A stretch of DNA of 64,000 bases, from NCBI RefSeq assembly GCF_018350175.1, contig NC_058382.1, forward strand, positions 51,958,001-52,022,000, given 5' to 3'. Shown one piece after another: positions 13,861-24,224 of the stretch. The DNA comes from Felis catus (Eukaryota). Under the pieces are notes generated by a model, which saw nothing but the letters and a program-made list of their open reading frames with translations, was not told the origin of the DNA and searched no databases. The position numbers and the translations under genes are program-made. How positions within the stretch are numbered: position 1 is the stretch's first letter; the number at the start of each line of letters is the position of its first letter.

Positions 13861-15109
13861 AAAAATGAAGAGTAGAAAAAACATTTTAGAAATTATCCCT
13901 TATCTCAGTCTTTTTCATTTATTTATCCATTTAATATTTATTGGGCATATGTATCCAGCAGGGCCTAATTCTACCAACACCCATGCAAAATTGTAGAGAA
14001 TACTTCATTAACCAATGTTATATACTGCTGTATTTTACTTATAAATATAACCATTTTCCTAGCCTTTTCATAACGTACTTTCCATGGTTCTATAATATTC
14101 CAGTGTGTTATTCTTTGAGGACATACATGATTGCAATTTTCCAAACACATTTTTGTTTGGAATTTTACTTGAACAACTAAATATAAATGTTTTATATTTA
14201 TTTAAATAAATGGAAATTTTGCTTTTACTTTTTCTTTTTCTGTAAACAATGCTGCAATTAACATCTTTGTGGTGATTTTTTCTTCTTCTTCTTGACTTTG
14301 GATTTTCCTGCCTTGTTAATACAGATTTCCAGAGTGGAATTATTGAATCAAAGGGTAGGAATAACTTTAGACACGTTCCAACATGGCGCTAAGTTGCTTT
14401 CTAAAAAGTTGGTACACACTTAAGCAAAAGCAGGCCCTGTAAATGCCACTAACTTTGGAGTCAGTCTGTCCCGGGTTTGAATACCAGCATTTATGTGCTC
14501 ACTAGCTTTGTGACCTGGAAGATGTCATCTTACCTCTCTGAATACTTCACCAATCTGTAAATAAACCAGGGTAAAACAATAATGTTCATAATATCCATAA
14601 TATTTAACTCATAAAACTGTGAGGATTAAAAATAAACAGTTCAATTTTTTTTTTTTTTTTTGGTAATGGTTCATGTGACAAACATTCATTACTCTACTGA
14701 GCTAAAAATAAATAAATTAAAAAAACCCAGATGCTGGCGCCAGACGGGCAGCACTGGTAAGAAGCCTCACGCGTAGCAGGTAACATTATTATTACATCTG
14801 GTATGCTCATTTGGGTTACACAAATGGCAAGGTGTGCTAAGAACTGGGCCTACAGTAAAGAACGAAAACATAGAGGAGACCGACATTAAACTGAAAAGTT
14901 ACCAAAAGAACAGAATGACAAACAACGACAAACCTGTCGTTGGGGGTAAAACAACAAGGCTTTAGAAGGTCTCAAGAAGTGACATCAGGATGTCTAAGGG
15001 TGACCACGGCCTTGAGCCCGATGAAGGGGTATACTTATCAGCAACCACTTCTGGAACTATTTACGTGTTTGGGCGGTCTGTCTGCTGACACCACAGAAGT
15101 CGGAGAGAG

Positions 15110-15700
15110 GTGTCAAGGGGCGGGGAGGGGGGGTGGGCGGTGTGTGCAGGCTGGAGGGGAGGGGCCCTGCCCCGGGGTAGCGTAGTGGTTGCAGCAGCGC
15201 AAGATCCCTGGAAGGGATGGGCGCGGAGACCACGGGGCCCAACGGCAGCGCCTCGGCGCGGACACGGTGCTGGGCACGCGGCTGGCAGGGCTGCTGGTGG
15301 TGCCGGCCCGGGCGGCCGCGGACCGGCCGCGGAGGCAGCGCGCCTGCTGGGCTCTGCTGGTGGTAGGGCCCAGGCCGGTGGGGCTGACACGGCACTCGTC
15401 GCTGTCCGCTCGCGCGGGTGCTGAAGCTGACCCCGCAGGACGCGCTCGTCGGGCTCGCCGCAGGGGCGCCCGCAGCAGATGGCGCTGGACCCCGCCAATG
15501 TCCGCTACCTCTGGCCGAGAGGAGTGGATTTCGGCAACATGGAGGGCTGTTGGCGCAATGGTCACTTTTTCACTACTGGCGCTTCCAGGAGCCCCTGCTC
15601 GGCCTCCTGGAGAGGAAGGGGCAGCGGCCTAGTCTCTGCCTTCCCCTGCGCACCAAGGTGACGAGAGGCCTGGGAAAACATATCGCCCCTCGACCACCCC
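15110..15700. promoter_or_regulatory. Orphan CpG island over exon 1 of the pseudogene
   Basis: Very GC- and CpG-rich (e.g. gccggcccgggcggccgcggaccggccgcgg) within AT-rich surroundings; GC boxes (ggggcggggag, gggcgg) at about 15117-15140. Confidence 0.8.
15217..15657 (+). pseudogene. Exon 1 of a decayed FAD-dependent oxidoreductase/monooxygenase gene (Rossmann GxGxxG region)
   Basis: Strong Kozak ATG (GGGATGG) at 15217 in a CpG island. Across several frameshifts it reads ...ALLVVGPRPVGL/TALVAVRSR/VLKLTPQDALVG/RPQQMALDPANVRYLWPRGVDFGNMEGCWRNGHFFTTG/FQEPLLGLLERKGQRPSLCLPLRTK. VVGPRPVGL at 15360-15386 is two substitutions from VVGAGPVGL. Phase-0 donor AAG|gtgacg after 15657. Confidence 0.75.
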
Positions 15701-16299
15701 CAGCTCCAACACCAGCTGACCACAGGGGGCCAGTGACAACTGATGGACACGGCTGTCTTCTTTTCTTGCCAAATCAGCTTTTTGACAGACAGAAAGCAAT
15801 TCTATAACATTTGAAGATAGCTAGAAAGTGGAATAATACCCTTACTTCATTAAAGTTTATGTGGCAATTTTATGAGACAGTGCAGGTAGAAGGGCATGGC
15901 AGTCTGTTACTTATAGGAGAGGCTTAGAAAGTGAAAATTATCACCAGCTGCAAACTGATTTCCAAGAACTTAAGATAAAAGGGGCCTCATCTTTTTAGAA
16001 GCAAATGCTCAAAAATCAAATGACACGTGGCTCTGAGAAAAGAAATTTCCTGGGTATTCAGAGAACAAGGAGAAGAAGATTAAAATGACAGTAATTTTCC
16101 AAGGTGTAGATTTAGCCAGAATGAGCAACCCAAATCAGCCCATCAGCCCTAGAGTTTCTCTTTGAAGACTGAATGCTCAATTTTAATATTTGTCATCTTT
16201 TAGCATGGTTCATTTGGGGAAAAAAAAATCTAGGGTACTATTTAATCTTATAACAGTATGGCTTTTCCACTTATAAAAATTTACATGGCACAAGCCATG

Positions 16300-16548
16300 T
16301 TTTTTTTTTTAAGTGTTTTTATTCATTTTTGAGAGACAGAGACAGAGTGTGAGTGGGGGAGGGGCAGAGAGAGAGAGGGAAACACAGAATCCAAAGCAGG
16401 CTCCAGCCTCTGAGCCGTCAGCACAGAGCTCCATGTGGGGCTTGAACTGGTGAACCACGAGATCATGACCTGAGCCAAAGTTGGATGCTCAACTGACTGA
16501 GCCACCCAGGCGGCCCAAGCCATGTCTTCTTTAAAGGATTGTTTTAAT

Positions 16549-16600
<52 letters not shown>

Positions 16601-16726
16601 CCTAAACAAGCTCTGCACTGTCAGCACAGAGTCTGACACAGGTCTCAAACACACAAACCATGAGATCATGACCTGAGCCAAAATCAAGAGTCAGACACTT
16701 AACTGACTGAGCCACCTAGGCACCCC
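16300..16726 (-). mobile_element. Two tandem reverse CanSINEs
   Basis: Heads end at about 16516 and 16726; (GA)n tract at about 16555-16598; TSD caagccatgt around the first. Confidence 0.88.
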
Positions 16727-18366
16727 AAGAATTTTCTTAAAACAATTTTTTTCATTAAAAAAAAAAGAATTTTCTGAGTCCCAGTGTGGGCCATTCAAAT
16801 TTATTTAGTGATTTTTTTTTCCTTGTACATATTTTCATCTCACAATAACCATAGGATATGTGTTTTTACTATGTCATTTTAGCAATGGGGAAATTAAGGC
16901 TCAAAGAGATTAAGTAATTTGTTGAGGCCGCAAAGGTTGGAAGGTAATCAGTCAGGATTAAAATCCCTATCTGCATGGCTTCAGGGTCAGTTCTCTAACA
17001 CCACATGCTACCACTCCCTTCTGGGGGCATACTACAGGTTAAAATTAATATTAACATTAACATGGGGCTATATTATCTAACTAAGCTATTAGCACCCTTA
17101 ACATGTACTACCATATTTATGTAGATAAATCTGGAGAGCAGGCTCTCAAGGTCAAACACCCAAAGGAAATCAAGTACCAAGCAGGAATAACTCAGAAGAG
17201 ATTAATGTTGCTTATAGCTATAACTGACAGAACATTCACAGTAGTCAAAACCCAAACAGACTCTGGTCACATAAATCATCCTGTTCACATACCACAAATA
17301 GTTACTAAGTTTACAACAGAGCAGACACTATTGTAGATTTTTAGACACACAGCCATTAGCAAGCACATGAGATTGAAAAGGAATGCATTAAATTGTTAAT
17401 AAGCTGTTACTTCTGGATGAAGGATTTTATGGGTGAATTTTATTTTCTTCTTTGTGTTTTCCCTCTTTTACACACTTTCTAAAATGAGCAGATATATTAC
17501 TTTTAAATTGAGGAAAATGTTTTATATATGTAAGTGGACTTTAATGGACCAACTTATTTTGATACTTTTGTGCTTGTCAAACACATTTGACAGTTATACC
17601 CCCGACTCACTTGAGAGCTTAATATTTCAGTAACCAAGATTTCCATTGACCTAAGTGGCAGCCCACTTTGTAGAAAAAACAAAGACATTTTTAACAACCA
17701 CAGTGCAGCTACAGAGAAAGGGAAAAATAATCACGTGAAGCAGAGACTAGGTCTTAAGAACTTTTTCTTTTGCCAGTAACATGGATCTAGCCCCCAGAGA
17801 CCAGCTTCCACCCCAACTTACAACGTAGGGAGAAGGTTATAACCATGGAAACTCAACCTCAAAACAGTGGAGGAAAAACAGTCTACACGTATATAAATTT
17901 AATGAGAAAATTCTGACCAGAAGCAAAGTATCATACTCATTCTTCCCTCCTTTCGATTCTTTCAAGTATTTCCCACCAAGTTACTTCTGCCTAGCAATCT
18001 GTACACCACCAAAGAATAAGAGGTCAATCAAGAGATTTAAGTAAAGAATAAATGGATATATGGATTTGTAAGAAAACTTACAAAATCCAAGAGTCTTTTC
18101 CTAAATCCAAGAATTACCAAAGAAATTGACCCTACTTCTAGGCATCTTCCAAGAAGGACGTTCTTGCGAAATAACAATTTGAAACCTCATTAGACGTCTC
18201 CAATTTCCAACAAGGTGGAAATCTTCTTTTATGCTTAATTTACATTCTTTCTGCTGTCTTTGTAGCCCCCTCTCCCCGTCCACTACAGAAGCTTTCTGTT
18301 GCCTTTCTGTATTATAGAGTACCATTAACATGGCATTAGCTTTCTTTGCTGAGAAAGTATACATAG

Positions 18367-18367
<1 letters not shown>

Positions 18368-18400
<33 letters not shown>
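18368..18400. repeat. (TG)n microsatellite
   Basis: Directly visible. Confidence 0.95.
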
Positions 18401-18402
<2 letters not shown>

Positions 18403-18835
18403 CTTAATTGGGATGAGATCTGTGTAGTACCAGTAATGCAGAAAATGTGAAAAGCATAAGGCGCAAAAGTTTGCCATTGGAAAAATCAAAGCTCGGGGGC
18501 AAGTTAAGATCGGTATGTTAGCAATAACCCAATGATAGTAAAGATTGTGTTGGGGTCATAAATGTCTCTCTACAAATGTCAAGGGCATAGGCAGACATTT
18601 TATAAGCTCTGTGGTTATTTATTCAAGCATGTCTGGCCTGGCTGACCTAGAGCTTTTGGTATTTGTTGGCAATTTTCTATGTTAAGAAAATATTTTTTAA
18701 TCAGATGAACTTTATAGTGGTCAAAGGTCAAACAACTAATTAAAATTAACAGCAGCCCCAGTGAATGACTAACCAAAAACAAACTAAAGAGGGAGGTTAT
18801 CTCAAGTTGGCAGCTCTCTAAATGAAAGCGCTCTT

Positions 18836-19070
18836 GGGGCGCCTGTGTGGCTCGGTCGGTTAAGCGTCCAACTTCGGCTCAGGTCATGATCTCACGGTCC
18901 GTGGGTTTGAGCCCCACGTCAGGCTCTGTGCTGACCGCTCAAAGCCTGGAGCCTGTTTCGGATTCTGTTTCTCCCTCTCTCTGACCCTCCCCCGCTCATG
19001 TTCTGTCTCTCTCGTTCTCAAAAATAAATAAACGTTAAAAAAAATTAAAAAAATACTTTATAAAAAAAGA
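18836..19070 (+). mobile_element. CanSINE
   Basis: SINEC body; TSD gaaagcgctct on both sides. Confidence 0.9.
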
Positions 19071-21310
19071 AAGCGCTCTGACATTAGGCAATTAAACTTA
19101 CTTAACTGAACTGCCCAGAAATAAAAGGTTTTTGCAGTTTAGCAGAGGCTGGGATTTGGGTACAGAAAGAATAATTGCTCTTGATATTAGATGCAAAGCA
19201 ACAAAGTGATTAAGGCTCTGAGGTCAGTCAGACCTAGGTACAAAGTAAGGTTCCTAACTTGCTAGTTAACTAGCAAACTTGCTTAGTTAACTGGGGCAAG
19301 GTAACTTCTACAAGGTTCATCTTCTTATCTGTAGGTCTGTACCTGCCTCTATTGGTCATTATGACAGTTGAATTAGACAATGTCCATAGGGTCCTTAGCA
19401 GATGTCCGTAAGTATGCAATGGATGTTAGCTCTATTTTGTTCTTCATCCATCGTGAGCACATTTTCCCAACTGTAGAGAAGATGACACCCATACCCACAC
19501 ACACATACTCCACCCTGGGTATCTGCTGGATTCCCCAAGGGGCACAGAATAAAAGCCAAGCCCCTGGAGAGCATTCTCAGCTCCCCTGTAGCCAGGTGCT
19601 CAGATCCCAATCCCTGTGTGCTAACCTGCTAGGACAAGCATCCACGTAGAGGGGGAAAGTAGGATTCGTCAACCTGATCTCACACGTGGGCTCCACCAAT
19701 GACTAATTACCAGATGAAATAAAAGAAATTTCTTAACTTCTCAGGTACTCAGTGTCCTCCACTAAAAATTGGATATCCTTGGACAAAGCTCAAAGGATTA
19801 TTGTTGGAGATGAAATGGAATAAGATGTGTGGATATGTCAAGTACAATGTATGGCACGAAGTAGACATTTAGCTAGCACTGGTCAGTTTCCTGACACTGA
19901 GCGTTGGGGTAGCCCTGTTCTGAGGTCTCCCTATGCAGACCATGCACCTTTGGGGTGTTTCTAGTATAATCCACTAAGTGGAAACATATGCAGAACGTAG
20001 TAGTTTTATTTCCGCAAACACATAGCATGTGTGCTTAGTACACAGCAAATAATCATGCATTCTTAGTGTTAGACTTGAAAGTTAGGACTACAGAGGCAGC
20101 AGGGACAGAAATATGCTTTCATGCTATCATGTGAAGGCAGGCTGAGAAGACCACAAGGATGGAATACTCTATTAAATCATCTGAGTGGCACTGATAATCT
20201 CCTCGCTTCAGTTTCCTTTCCAGGAAAAAGAAGGAAGCCTAACTATTCTTCCCAGGCCTCTCAACTCTGAAAATTATTCCATGCTAGTCAGAGTTGACCT
20301 TTTCTTTCAAACAAATGGGGTGGGGAAACAGGGTAAAGTGGAGAGCCCTTATTTCAGCTCTGTCTTCTCTCCCTCATCCTCCTCTGATACTGTTGTTGCT
20401 GGGATAGGAACAGTCCTCCTCTCCCATGCTTAAAGTTAAAAGGAACTTCTAGGGTCTTGCTTGACCACTCACTGAGAATCCCTTACAAGAGAAAAGAGGA
20501 AGAGCCCCGATGTATAAGCAAGAACAAGTGCATGCATGGCATTTCTTAAATATGCTTCACCACTCATTTTCTATGTGACCAAGGACAAGTTCTTCAAATT
20601 CTCTGAGCCTTGGTCTTCTGGTTCATAAAAAGAATTGCCAGTTGAGGGAATGGACAATAGCAACCTCAGATTGTTGAGAGGCAAACAGGATAATATGTGC
20701 TTTTAGCCTCCTGACAAAACAAAAATGCTCAATAAATGTCACTTCCCCTTCCTTCTATTTAAGTCTCAAACAGACTGAAGACCTATTGAGATTATAGGTT
20801 ACCTTTTGTACACCACATAGACTCTGCATATCGCCTAGTAAAATACAGTATAGAAATATTTGTGGGATAGATGAAAATGCAAATAAGTATTTTAAAGCAA
20901 GGCAAAAGCTCTCAGCACAATGCCCAACTCTCCGATGCGCAGAAAAGACCAGAGTTGGGCCACCGGTGTATGGTTTAATCACCAGATGCATGGTAGTATG
21001 ATGGATTGCGATTTTCCATCTTGTTATCCTCATGGCATGCCAGAGATCCAGATTATCAACCCAAGACCAATTTTCAGCAAGATCAGGAAAAACTAAGAAG
21101 TGGATATATAAATGAAAAAAAAAAAAAGGTGGGGGGAGAGTTCAGGTTTGTTTTTTTTTTAAACCAATGGTCCTGTATTTTGTGGGGGGTTATGACGTCT
21201 ACCAGGGAAGCTTGAGTCTTCCTCCCATAAAACACTTATATTCACATACACTAACCATTTCAGGGGCCTTAGGAGCTCAAGTTGAGAATCCTCTATTTCG
21301 ATCTTTGGAA

Positions 21311-21396
21311 CTCTAAATCTAAATTTCGTAGCCATATATCAGATGTTTGTCAACTCTAAATCTAAATTTCGTAGCCATATATCAGATGTTTGTCAA
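21311..21396. repeat. Perfect 43-bp tandem duplication
   Basis: ctctaaatctaaatttcgtagccatatatcagatgtttgtcaa occurs twice (21311-21353, 21354-21396). Confidence 0.95.
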
Positions 21397-22159
21397 CGCA
21401 TTACGGACTTCTGGCAAAACATGACCAAATGGTTAAATTGTATTGTTTGTGGAGACTCAGCTGTGCCCTGAAAAGCAACCTAAAGCTCCCAGAGTACAAG
21501 ATTTGTAGGCTTGCCATGCTGACAGTCAAGGAAAGATGAGTCCTTATTAAATTGCTCAGACTCTTTGCATTTCACATGTCAATTGCTGGGAAAGAGAGTG
21601 TTTACAGGCTCCTCTTCTGGAAGTCAGGTGAGCTGAGGAGCAGGGACGGCCATCAGAAAGATCCTACCTCAGTGAGCCCAGACCACCGAGACAGCATCCA
21701 CACTTTCACTAAACACAGTTAGTGAGGCAAAGCTTTAGCTTTAGCTTCCTAGAGTTTATTTCTAAGACTATGGAGTCTTGCCTCAGTTCTGGGATCGGCT
21801 GAGACCTCTGTTGTAACCGCATCTCATTTCAACTGCTCTCTCCACCCAACACGGCTTCCCTCCTGCCCTCCAGATGTTAAGCCTGCGGACCCACCTCAGT
21901 GAACCTGCTGCATGAAAATCTTGTCTCTGAATCTGTTTCTCGAGAAACTCGACTTCTGACACTCTAAAAGCCTCACTGTCCTCATGTATAAAATGGGCAT
22001 GGTCACTGTACCGATATATATCATAAGGTTCTTGGAGGATGCAGTGATATAATGCCAGTGAAATGCTTAGCATAGGGCTGCACACAGGGTGAGCCCTTCC
22101 CAGAAGCCACAAATTGATCCAGGGAACCAATGCTATCAGGATCAAACTCCAAGCTGGCT

Positions 22160-22875
22160 TCTTGGCAGAAATAAAAAAAACATAAGACATATAGAAAATG
22201 ACAAGCTTGATCCCAAAATTCATATAGAAGTACATGAAACCAGAGTCGACAAAACAATCTAGAAACAAAACAAAACAAAACAAAAAATTAGAGAACTCAC
22301 ACATCCCAACTTCAAAAGTTGCTACAAAGCTAGAGTAATCAAGACAGCATGACACTGGCCTGAGGACAGATACAGAACAATGGAATAAATTGAGAGTCCA
22401 ACAATAAGCTTGTATATTTACGGGCAATTGACTTTTGTCAAGGGTGCCAAGAACATTCAATGGGGAAACATAATCTTTTCAATAAATGGTACTGGGACCA
22501 CTGGATAGCTAGATGAATTAGAATCAGTTTGGCGCCTTTCCTCCTACCATGTACCAAAGTCAACTCAAAATGGGTCCAATCTCTAAATGTCAGAGCTCAA
22601 ACTATAAAACTCTTAGAAGAAATCATAGGTGTAAGTCTTTGTGACTTTGGGTTAGGCAATGGTTCAAGCAACAAGAGAAAAAAAATGGACAAATCACACT
22701 TCATCATCAAAATTATAATGTCTGCGCTTGAAAGGAAACCACTAAAAAAAAAAAAGGCAATCAACAGAATGGGATAAAATCTCTGCAAATCATGTATCTG
22801 GTTTGTAGCTAGGATATACATAGAACTCTTTATAATTCAACAATAAAAAGACAACGCTACTTAAAAGTGGGTGAA
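22160..22875 (+). mobile_element. Old, degraded L1 ORF2 fragment (L1M-type)
   Basis: Diverged ORF2 3'-region sequence (PCTKVNSKWVQSLNVRAQTIKLLEE; ttcaataaatggtactggga) with many disruptions. Confidence 0.8.
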
Positions 22876-23421
22876 AGATGACATTCTACTCTGACAATTA
22901 TTTCTGCAAATGAGTCATGTAACTTTCTAGGTTTGAGGGCAGACACTATGTTGTATTCCCTTCTGCCTCTCTAGTACCTACTGGAGGAGTGGCAAAAAAA
23001 AAAACCCAAAAAACAAAACAAACCCCGTGAGCTTTGAAGTAGGAGACCTGTGTTCAGTTAGGACTGCCACGTATTAGCTCTTTGATACTGGACAGTAAGT
23101 TCACTTCTCCAATCCCTGTTTTTCTCATCTATAAAATGGACTTAACCAGAACACCTCCCTCATAGAACTGTTGACGCTGAATGCCAGCATACACCTACAA
23201 CTCTCAGTTCATCCCGAGAATAATAGATAGGTCCTAAATTGCAGCTATGATTCTAAGCGTTGAGACAGTTATGTGAATGATAACATCGTGAATACTTGTA
23301 GCACCAGCAACAGCAAACAGAACAGCAAAGTATGTTTGCTTGCCACCACCTCAGTCATCAACAGAAACCATCCGTGTCATGGGTACATGTTTGTGCAAAC
23401 GCTGCTCACTTTGTGTCTTAG

Positions 23422-23599
23422 TTTACAGCTGATTTGATGAGGAAGGGTGTAGTGCTAGGCTGGCCCAAAATCATTGTGGTGGCTGATGGCTCCCATGGGG
23501 GAGACCTGCCGTGTGCTGGGGCTCAGTCCACATTACGTGGTCGAATCCTGCAACGCTTACGGAGCTAATGCCACCATCACAAGACTGGACCAGAGACAG
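23422..23599 (+). pseudogene. Exon 2 of the decayed flavoprotein gene (DG motif)
   Basis: Acceptor ctcactttgtgtcttag| and donor CAG|gtaagc. Length 178 = 59 codons + 1, explained by one extra G in the G5 run at 23497-23501. Reads FTADLMRKGVVLGWPKIIVVADGSHG/ETCRVLGLSPHYVVESCNAYGANATITRLDQRQ; IIVVADG...CRVLGL is the monooxygenase DG fingerprint. Phase 0-0. Confidence 0.8.
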
Positions 23600-24224
23600 G
23601 TAAGCTGTGGAGGGTCTTTCACACTGTCTTCCCCACTCCTTCCATTCTAAGCGGTCAGGTTGATTATTAGTTCATTTATGGTCCGCAGACAAGTCTGTTC
23701 TGCCTCCGGGAGCTCATTTACAAAAAGCACTCAACCAGGTGGTTTCTGGGATATTTGTCCCGGTGATCGCCCCGCCTGACTGCACAACAGCAGCTCCACA
23801 GGCTGAATCATCGACATGGAGAGTGTTAGGGAGGGTGACTTCTCTAATCAATCTGTATCATGCTAACGATACGATGAACATGATTTGGCATCAACCGAGA
23901 ATGCTCAATCTTTGGGCCAAAAAACATGGATCATCGAAAACGAAACTGGTCAGAGAATCCACTACTGACTATGCTAGGAACTGATCAGTTATCTTACACA
24001 CATTGGGCATGAACCAGAGTGGTCCAGACTGAGATATGGCAGGCACGTCAGCCATTCATAACCAGGATGAAAAGAGCCAACCTTTCACTGTAAAAATGAA
24101 TTACTTGGGCCTACCTGCCTTATCCCGAAGTCTCCCGCTCGAAGCCTCACTTTTCCAATCTTGCAAGAGTCCAAAGGGGTTGGGGAGTGTCAATCTAGAT
24201 AACTCGACTTAACAGAAGTCCTGG

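Noticed and set aside
15057..15750. Minus-strand ORFs of 62-150 aa across the CpG island
   Set aside because: Pro/Arg/Ala-rich shadow ORFs typical of GC-rich DNA, with no recognisable motifs.
14645..15800. Processed pseudogene on the minus strand, with the T run at 14645-14661 as its polyA tail
   Set aside because: No target-site duplication was found and the T run sits in MIR-like sequence. The GC-rich block is better explained as a + strand first exon with a donor in phase with downstream exons.
17594..18213. Possible extra exon (ELNISVTKISIDLSG..., LTLLLGIFQEG...)
   Set aside because: Stops in all frames. ttgaccctacttctaggcatctt resembles the degraded L1 'DPAIPLLGIYP' region, and exon 1 joins exon 2 cleanly without it.
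20797..21100. Protein-like frame (WATGVWFNHQMHGSMMDCDFPSCYPHG)
   Set aside because: No convincing splice sites, no recognisable family, and not required by the reconstruction.
21783..22460. 225-aa minus-strand ORF
   Set aside because: Antisense read-through of old L1 and MIR/LTR fragments.
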